Shown: piece after piece, positions 57,826 to 64,000 of the stretch | Layout of the letters: every line of letters begins with the position of its first letter | How positions within the stretch are numbered: position 1 is the stretch's first letter | From: an uncultured Alphaproteobacteria bacterium | Lineage (GTDB): Bacteria; Pseudomonadota; Alphaproteobacteria; Rickettsiales; UBA998 | Direction of reading: 5' to 3' | Assembly (NCBI GenBank): GCA_963803575.1 | Contig: CAWDMW010000002.1 | Location: 886,389-950,388 of the forward strand | Length of the DNA: 64,000 nt | Position numbers and translations under genes: made by a program | The notes under the pieces: generated by a model | The model's database searches: none | What the model was told of the DNA's origin: nothing | What the model saw: the letters and a program-made list of their open reading frames with translations, nothing else

Positions 57826-58862
57826 AACAGCGCGATCTATGGTTAGCGGTGGGTGCTATTGTCGTGATTGCACTGGCCATTCTGTTAAAGCCCGATATGC
57901 AGGAAACTCCGTCAGATCAGACCCGCTATGATGCACTGGCCCCCGGGCTTAAAGATCAGGTAAATGCAGTGAGTCGCGTTGTTTTGGAGCAAGGCGCGCA
58001 GTTGCAAACCACGCTGGTGCAAGGTGAAGATGGCCAATGGAACGTGAAAGAGCGATCCGGCTTTCCTGCTGACACTGCCGCAATTCGTAAATTACTGCTG
58101 CATGTTGCGCAAAGTGAAATACGCACAGCCAAAACAGATGATCCAGCTAAATGGCATCGTCTGGCACTGGATGATAAGCAAGCAACGTCGATACAGTTTT
58201 ACTCGGATGATACGCTACTGCATCATATATGGCTTGGAAAAGTTAGCAGTGAGAAAACCACAACGTATGTTCGTACCGGTGAATCACCACAAACGTACCT
58301 GACTAGCGGTCAATTGAATTTCACGGCTAACCCGAATGACTGGTTAAGATATAAATGGTTTGAACTTGCGCGCCATCGTGTGCAGTCTGTTGCGTTTCAG
58401 TTTGACGGCAAGCGAGACTATGTTTACGCGCGTAGTATGCCAAAGGACACAATGGAATTTTCTCCGCTGCCCGCAGATAAGCGCTTAAAAACCAGCCGTA
58501 TGGTCATTGATGCTTCCAGCTATCTGGAGCGTTTTGCTTTTACGGACGTATTGTCAGCTAACCGCTTGGATAAAGAACAAGCGCAAGGTGACGCTAAAGA
58601 TGTGACGCGTTTCACTACATTTGGAGGGCTGGTGATTGAGGTGGCGTTTTATATGATTGATTATCAGGAATGGGCAAGCGTAAAGGCGTATGTAGACCCC
58701 TTAGCCAGAGTACAGGAGGTTACAAAGCTTCCTTCTTTAGAAGCATTGCGGGCTGAAGCACAACAAATTAATGCGCTGACAAAAGGCTGGCTATATCAAA
58801 TTTCTCCTTTCCATTACAACAAACTGCGTCGCTCTTATTACGACATTGTTGAGCTACGGTAA
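57822..58862 (+). CDS. DUF4340-like protein (346 aa)
   Basis: ATG 57822 overlaps the upstream stop (ATGA). N-terminal TM. This is the usual fourth gene of GldAFG-like clusters. Confidence 0.45.
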   Translation: MKQRDLWLAVGAIVVIALAILLKPDMQETPSDQTRYDALAPGLKDQVNAVSRVVLEQGAQLQTTLVQGEDGQWNVKERSGFPADTAAIRKLLLHVAQSEIRTAKTDDPAKWHRLALDDKQATSIQFYSDDTLLHHIWLGKVSSEKTTTYVRTGESPQTYLTSGQLNFTANPNDWLRYKWFELARHRVQSVAFQFDGKRDYVYARSMPKDTMEFSPLPADKRLKTSRMVIDASSYLERFAFTDVLSANRLDKEQAQGDAKDVTRFTTFGGLVIEVAFYMIDYQEWASVKAYVDPLARVQEVTKLPSLEALRAEAQQINALTKGWLYQISPFHYNKLRRSYYDIVELR

Positions 58863-58865
58863 GCT

Positions 58866-60302
58866 ATGTTGGCAGCGGTCATTGATATCGGGTCAAATAG
58901 TGTCCGGTTGGTACTGTATCAATATACTGGCCACCACGCACAAGCGGTCTTTAATGAGAAAAGCACGTGCCATTTAGGGGCTGGATTAGTAGATGGGGAT
59001 AGTCTGGAACCATCTGCCAAGGATCTGGCGCGCGAGACCATCACACGGTTCAAGCGCATTTTAGTAGCACGCGCACCACAGCAAGTGATGGTCATTGCCA
59101 CCGCCGCCATTCGGGAATCACAGGATGGTGCAGCCTTTGCAAAAGAATTAGCCGCCATTTTAGATCACCCTGTACATATTCTCTCTGGCAAGCAGGAAGC
59201 ACTCTATGCCGCTTATGGTGTGCAGGCGACTATTTTTCAGCCAAGCGGTTTGGTAATGGATATGGGGGGAGGTAGTACCGAACTGGCACTGATTAATCAT
59301 GCACAATCAGTCGTACCGCTGGCATCCATCCCTTATGGCTCATTAAAGTTTGCTGATATGTTTCAGCATCACCCGCAAACATTCGTATCGCGTATTGCTG
59401 AATTGTTGCAAGAGCGCGCCGGGGCGATAGATGCACAGCATCTATATACGGTAGGAGGTAGTTTCCGTGCGATTGCGCGCTACCATATTAAGAAGCATCG
59501 CTATCCTCTACACATCATTCATGATTATGTGATGAATGCAGACAAGCTTGGTGAGATCATTGCCGAGTTTCGTCAGTTTGTGCAATGCAAAGAGCGTATC
59601 CCATACGTGGCGCGTCGTCGCCAGCACTCGGTGTTACCTGCTGCTATGATGCTGAAAGCAGTCATGCGTTATTGCCATGCTGAAACAGTGGTGTTTTCCT
59701 CTGCTGGTGTGCGTGAGGGCGCGCTGCGAGAATTGAATCCACCCGTTGATGCCATGGCATATGATCCACTTATGGCGATGGTACAGATGTTGAATGCAAC
59801 GCACGGCCATACGGATTATATTCTAGGGCTTGCTGACTGGATTTTGTCTGTCGTGCCGTGCAATCAGCGTGAAGCACGTTTGGTGCGGGCGTTTTGCTGG
59901 ATCAGCGATATTGCAGCCACCGCCCATCCGGATTACCGTGCCGACTATGCCTTTCGCCATATCTTAGCCACGTCCGGTTATGGTATCACTCACCCAGAGC
60001 AAGTGACGCTGGCACTGATGCTGTATCATCGGTATCGTTCCCGCTTAAAAATACAGGATGACACCTTATCATTGCTCTCACCCCGCCAACGCCACCTGGC
60101 CTATGTAACGGGGCAGTTGGCACATATGGCGTTTAGTTTAAGCGCGGGATCTGCATCATTATTGTCAGATTATTCGCTCATGCGTGATGCGACTGGCGGC
60201 ATTACCTTAAAGGTTGATGGATCAGCTGCCACAACGCGCTTACCCGACACTACGAACTGGCGTGAAGGATTGGATAAAGCGATAAGTGCTTTACTCAATT
60301 GA
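58866..60302 (+). CDS. Ppx/GppA-family phosphatase (478 aa)
   Basis: AVIDIGSNSVRLVLY and DMGGGSTEL (ASKHA fold), followed by an HD-like C-terminal domain. Confidence 0.75.
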   Translation: MLAAVIDIGSNSVRLVLYQYTGHHAQAVFNEKSTCHLGAGLVDGDSLEPSAKDLARETITRFKRILVARAPQQVMVIATAAIRESQDGAAFAKELAAILDHPVHILSGKQEALYAAYGVQATIFQPSGLVMDMGGGSTELALINHAQSVVPLASIPYGSLKFADMFQHHPQTFVSRIAELLQERAGAIDAQHLYTVGGSFRAIARYHIKKHRYPLHIIHDYVMNADKLGEIIAEFRQFVQCKERIPYVARRRQHSVLPAAMMLKAVMRYCHAETVVFSSAGVREGALRELNPPVDAMAYDPLMAMVQMLNATHGHTDYILGLADWILSVVPCNQREARLVRAFCWISDIAATAHPDYRADYAFRHILATSGYGITHPEQVTLALMLYHRYRSRLKIQDDTLSLLSPRQRHLAYVTGQLAHMAFSLSAGSASLLSDYSLMRDATGGITLKVDGSAATTRLPDTTNWREGLDKAISALLN

Positions 60303-60847
60303 TGCAGATAATCATTTCGGGGTATTTCCACCACACCGAACTGTTCAAGATGTGGATTAACAAATTGCGTATCCAGCAACTGGTAACGGCATGATAGTAA
60401 TACCTCCAACAGGTAAGCAAAAGCAATTTTGCTGGCGTTGGTGCGGCGGCTAAACATGCTTTCTCCAAAGAATGCCCCGCCACGTGATACGCCGTAAAGA
60501 CCGCCTGCCAGTGTCTCCCCTTCCCAGCATTCCACGCTATGGGCGTGGCCTAACTCGTGCAGTTGTTGGTAGGCTGTGATTATGGGTGTGCTGATCCAGC
60601 TATCACGATCTTCATCGCGTGGCTGGGCGCAGGCGTGCAGCACATCCGCGAACGCATGATTAATGGTAACGGTGAAAGGTCGCTTACGTAATGCCTTCTT
60701 CAAACTGCGGGGCAAATGAAACTGATTAAGCGGAATAATCGCACGTGGATCAGGGTTAAACCAGTGAATATCCGTATCTTCGCGACTCATCGCCATCGGA
60801 AAATATCCGCTTTCATAAGCGGTGATAAGTAATTCAGTATCCAGCAT
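60170..60847 (-). CDS. aat: leucyl/phenylalanyl-tRNA--protein transferase (225 aa)
   Basis: GYFPMA, WFNPDPRAIIPL, ELGHAHSVECW, GGLYGVSRGGAFFGESMFS. Start taken at MLDTELL. Confidence 0.85.
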   Translation of the reverse strand: MLDTELLITAYESGYFPMAMSREDTDIHWFNPDPRAIIPLNQFHLPRSLKKALRKRPFTVTINHAFADVLHACAQPRDEDRDSWISTPIITAYQQLHELGHAHSVECWEGETLAGGLYGVSRGGAFFGESMFSRRTNASKIAFAYLLEVLLSCRYQLLDTQFVNPHLEQFGVVEIPRNDYLHQLSKALIALSNPSRQFVVSGKRVVAADPSTFKVMPPVASRMSE

Positions 60848-60925
60848 GTGCCAGCCAGTATAAGCAAACCACCAGCACAAAAAAAGGCACAATATCCTGA
60901 TCTAGGGGATATTGTGCCTGTGAAT

Positions 60926-61249
60926 TTATTGTTCAGCTGGTTCAACATCTACGATGTTGGGGTACCAGCTGAATAAAGGTACTCTATAACCAGTTGTTGT
61001 GACTAAGAAAGTTTGCTCTTCTTTGAGTCTCCAATAGGTATTGGACGCTCTAAAATGTAATCTAGCCCAGTCATCGTCAACTTTGTATACTTCCCCTTCA
61101 TTTGACCATACAAGATATTCAGAAGGGGTGCGTTCTTTTCTGTCAACCGTAATTTTTTCAGTAGCCACTGTTCCATAGCTAACCAGAACAGGTGAAACTA
61201 ATCCGATAATTACAGCAGGAACCAACAAGCAGCCTAATTTAATGCGCAT
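60926..61249 (-). CDS. DUF1523-like small membrane-anchored protein (107 aa)
   Basis: N-terminal TM, then YLVWSNEGEVYKVDD...FRASNTYWRLKEEQTFLVTTTGYRVPLFSWYPNIV. The pattern fits DUF1523. Confidence 0.4.
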   Translation of the reverse strand: MRIKLGCLLVPAVIIGLVSPVLVSYGTVATEKITVDRKERTPSEYLVWSNEGEVYKVDDDWARLHFRASNTYWRLKEEQTFLVTTTGYRVPLFSWYPNIVDVEPAEQ

Positions 61250-61314
61250 TTTTGTAAAAACAATAAACGATAAGAATGTTTACAATATAAATTTTATTAA
61301 CAGAAGTCAAACGT

Positions 61315-62403
61315 TTATTTAGCGGATATTTGCCCGTCACAAATATGCTGTAAATCCTTCCATGCATCATCACTCAGAGCATTATCACCGCTTGCCGTGT
61401 CAGTGATGAGTGCATTGATGGTTGTAATACGGTCTTGTGTTGGGGGGTGAGTAGAGAAGTACCCTAAAATACCCTCATCGTTACCGTGTTTTTCTTCCAA
61501 TTGATGAAAAAACGAGACTAGCCCTTGCTGCTTGATACCTGCCTGTGACAGAATCTCTAGGGCGGCTATGTCTGCATCATGTTCCATGCTATGTCTGTAT
61601 GTGCCATCAATATAGGAGTTGAGCAAACCTGTTGCAGACACACTGGACGAGGAGCCGCCAAACACCAGAAAACTGATGATACGTGTGCCAATGGATTTGG
61701 CTAATGCCTGCACAGGGTGGTTATACATGACATGCCCTAACTCATGAGCCAACACGCCAGCCACTTCATTAGAGTTTTGGGATGCTTGAATGAGTCCATC
61801 AAACAGGATAATACGGTTGTCAGGTAACGTAATGGCGTTGGCCATTGGGTGATGAATCACGGTCACATTGGGAATAGTTTGTAGCCTTTGATTCTTCGCT
61901 AAACGCTGATATAGCTGACGCAAAGCCTTAAGGCCTTCTGGTTGATTGCATACAGGGTATTGCGTGTGTAACGCGTCCACTACTTCTTCAGACAGTTTGG
62001 TTCTTACCTCATGACTAATCAGCGGTGCCAGCCATGCGGGTGCAGAGGGCGAAAGAGCAAAGAACGCGATAACCATGATAACTGCTCCGGCCAGCATTGC
62101 CATCAGTGACAGAGGGGTTGTTGGCAGGTGCCAGCCTCGTTGGTGCGGGCGAAGATGTGCATAGATGGTTTCCCATAAAGCAGCATCTTCTATTAATAGG
62201 CGCGCACTAGAAGTGTCAGGGTGGGTGAGGCGTATAGGAACCCCATCTTTGGGATTACCGATAATCGTAATCTCCTCATATGCCCAGTTTTGGATCGTCT
62301 CAATACGGTTTGACTGTTGAATGCGCAAATGTGTTTCAGTAATGGCAATAGTGACGTGCTGTGACTGGGAAATTTCGCCATCATAATAGATCGCTTTAGA
62401 CAT
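61315..62403 (-). CDS. M48-family zinc metallopeptidase (362 aa)
   Basis: HELGHVMYNH (HExxH) with a downstream Glu/His region. It also has an N-terminal soluble domain and one TM. Confidence 0.8.
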   Translation of the reverse strand: MSKAIYYDGEISQSQHVTIAITETHLRIQQSNRIETIQNWAYEEITIIGNPKDGVPIRLTHPDTSSARLLIEDAALWETIYAHLRPHQRGWHLPTTPLSLMAMLAGAVIMVIAFFALSPSAPAWLAPLISHEVRTKLSEEVVDALHTQYPVCNQPEGLKALRQLYQRLAKNQRLQTIPNVTVIHHPMANAITLPDNRIILFDGLIQASQNSNEVAGVLAHELGHVMYNHPVQALAKSIGTRIISFLVFGGSSSSVSATGLLNSYIDGTYRHSMEHDADIAALEILSQAGIKQQGLVSFFHQLEEKHGNDEGILGYFSTHPPTQDRITTINALITDTASGDNALSDDAWKDLQHICDGQISAK

Positions 62404-63522
62404 TTAGGAGAACACCCCAACATCTATGCCAACTGCGTCCAGGAATCCTTCGGATATAATATTGCCCTTTTGCTGTAAACCTGCTGATGTGGCATCATCC
62501 AATGTTCCCTCAATATGGATGTATCGACTAAAGAACAAGGCTTTTACATGTAAAATGAACGCGGCCCCCGTACCTAATGTGACTAATAGGATAGCAACAT
62601 TAATCAGCTTCATCGAGACAAAGTCCCAAATAGTAAAGGTCGCGATAAATCTGACATTACCAATACTCAAGCCATTGAATTTATGACGAACAAGGATAGC
62701 AACGTAGGCTTGACGGATAAGGTAAAATAACGTGTACCCCATCAGCATAGCCAATATAATAGAGTTTGCATCGTGTTCAATATTTCCCATATTCACTTTG
62801 GCAAGAGCCATTCTACTAAAAAATCCAAATCCTATGCCTCCTATCAAAGCCGTAATAATATGCACACCATAGATACCCTTTATTTCAACATGAAAACGTA
62901 CAGGAATATTGCCTACATACATGTTTTCAACCAATGCTTTCCATTGGAGTAACTGTGAATAAGGGACGCTTATGCCAAGTGTGATGAGGTTCACAAGCAT
63001 ACGTTTAAACACAACTTGCTGATAGGTTCCGTATCCTTTTGCATCCATATACGTCAGGACTCCACGCCATCTTGTCCGGTTCACACGGTAACGCATACCA
63101 GAATAAATCGCATAATACCCAATGATAAAGAACGCTAAACTGAAACCACCATTCCTTGTCATGCTGTCCAGCCATAAGAGTATCCCTAATATAGGAAGTA
63201 CGCATAGAAATCCCAGAAACAGCTCTTTTCCTGTGCCGGTATATTCCAGCCTATCACCCAACATACTGATATGGCTCCAAACATACTGACGAATACGGGT
63301 GCGCCCCCAAAATCGGTACAGTGAAAGTGTGACAACAAAAAGCAACACATTAATGATCCATAGACGTGCAATCTGCTTGATTGAGCCGTCATAATAAATG
63401 GTTTGTGCAGGAGCTAATGACGGTTTGTCATCTCGCGCGTTAGAGATGAATTGGGGTGATGAATCATCCATAAGATAAAGTAAGGTTAATGAAAAAATAA
63501 ATAACAGTAGTTTATTTATCAT
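62404..63522 (-). CDS. DUF898/YjgN-family membrane protein (372 aa)
   Basis: YYDGSIKQIARLWIINVLLFVVTLSLYRFWGRTRIRQY...LEYTGTGKELFLGF matches the DUF898 pattern. Multiple TMs. Its stop abuts the M48 start. Confidence 0.6.
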   Translation of the reverse strand: MINKLLLFIFSLTLLYLMDDSSPQFISNARDDKPSLAPAQTIYYDGSIKQIARLWIINVLLFVVTLSLYRFWGRTRIRQYVWSHISMLGDRLEYTGTGKELFLGFLCVLPILGILLWLDSMTRNGGFSLAFFIIGYYAIYSGMRYRVNRTRWRGVLTYMDAKGYGTYQQVVFKRMLVNLITLGISVPYSQLLQWKALVENMYVGNIPVRFHVEIKGIYGVHIITALIGGIGFGFFSRMALAKVNMGNIEHDANSIILAMLMGYTLFYLIRQAYVAILVRHKFNGLSIGNVRFIATFTIWDFVSMKLINVAILLVTLGTGAAFILHVKALFFSRYIHIEGTLDDATSAGLQQKGNIISEGFLDAVGIDVGVFS

Positions 63523-63546
63523 TTGAAGAACCTTTTAGCAAGGTCT

Positions 63547-64000
63547 TTATCTTCTTAAACAGAGCATAATAAAGCCCCCATACCCGCATAATGTTAGCAT
63601 TAATAGCATATACCCATAGCTTCCATAGAAGGTCTGGGATGGAGAGCTTTGTGGTAGGGCGCTGTCAATGGTGCCTACCTCTTTAAGAGCAATCGTTTGC
63701 AGGATGCGGCCATAAGGGTCAATCACGGCACTCACACCAGAATTAGCCGAGCGAATAAGTGGCACCCCTTGTTCAACAGCGCGTATACGAGCCATATGTA
63801 AATGCTGGTAGGGGCCTGTGCTGCGGCCAAACCATCCATCATTTGTAATGTTAAGTAACCACCCGGAATGTGTATTGTCACTTAACCATGGAAAGATGGA
63901 TTCATAACAGATTAGCGGGCGGTAAGGCGGCAGGTGTGAGGGCGTGATAATTGGCTGCCTGCCACCAGCAGAATAATCCAGCGCGCCTGGGCTGATTTTA
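63547..64000 (-). CDS. lnt: apolipoprotein N-acyltransferase, C-terminal part (ORF runs off the right edge)
   Basis: My translation upstream of the track ORF stays open to base 64000: ...KISPGALDYSAGGRQPIITPSHLPPYRPLICYESIFPW...NITNDGWFG...MARIRAVEQGVPLIRSANSGVSAVIDPYGRI. It contains the CN-hydrolase Cys context. Confidence 0.85.
   Translation of the reverse strand, partial: KISPGALDYSAGGRQPIITPSHLPPYRPLICYESIFPWLSDNTHSGWLLNITNDGWFGRSTGPYQHLHMARIRAVEQGVPLIRSANSGVSAVIDPYGRILQTIALKEVGTIDSALPQSSPSQTFYGSYGYMLLMLTLCGYGGFIMLCLRR

Overview
The window looks like alphaproteobacterial chromosome. Support: a Cys-less Mur/Fur-type regulator, a CckA-like hybrid kinase, a eukaryote-type NADP-IDH, and the gene orders eno-ftsB-pdhA-pdhB-pdhC-lpdA and rpsA-sppA-ihfB-lapA-trpFBA. 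About three quarters is ordinary core metabolism, translation and envelope genes. No rRNA, CRISPR array, IS element or transposase was seen, and there is one tRNA (Val-UAC). Four parts deserve attention. (1) 1-8.4 kb is the visible right end of an integrated element abutting tRNA-Val. It holds a translationally coupled operon of unrecognised membrane and coiled-coil proteins around a VirD4/TraG-type coupling ATPase. It also holds a large serine recombinase whose ORF terminates inside the tRNA gene. (2) 8.9-14.9 kb holds two coupled large proteins (555 and 414 aa) with Gly/Ala/Met-rich hydrophobic hairpins and no signal peptides, and a 401-aa orphan. It also holds a rearrangement scar in which about 150 bp copied from the orphan's 3' end replaces the 5' end of an amidase_3 gene. 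(3) 18.7-22.6 kb holds a divergent S11 DD-peptidase-like protein, a CHAP/NlpC-P60-like hydrolase, an orphan large prepilin-like protein and a secreted S1 protease. (4) The core regions carry several oddities. A single in-frame TAA splits a CckA-like kinase, pheS is fused into a lolE-lolD operon with neither pheT nor infC nearby, and a SIMPL gene sits inside the PDH operon. All functional calls come from motifs read by eye. No database search was run.
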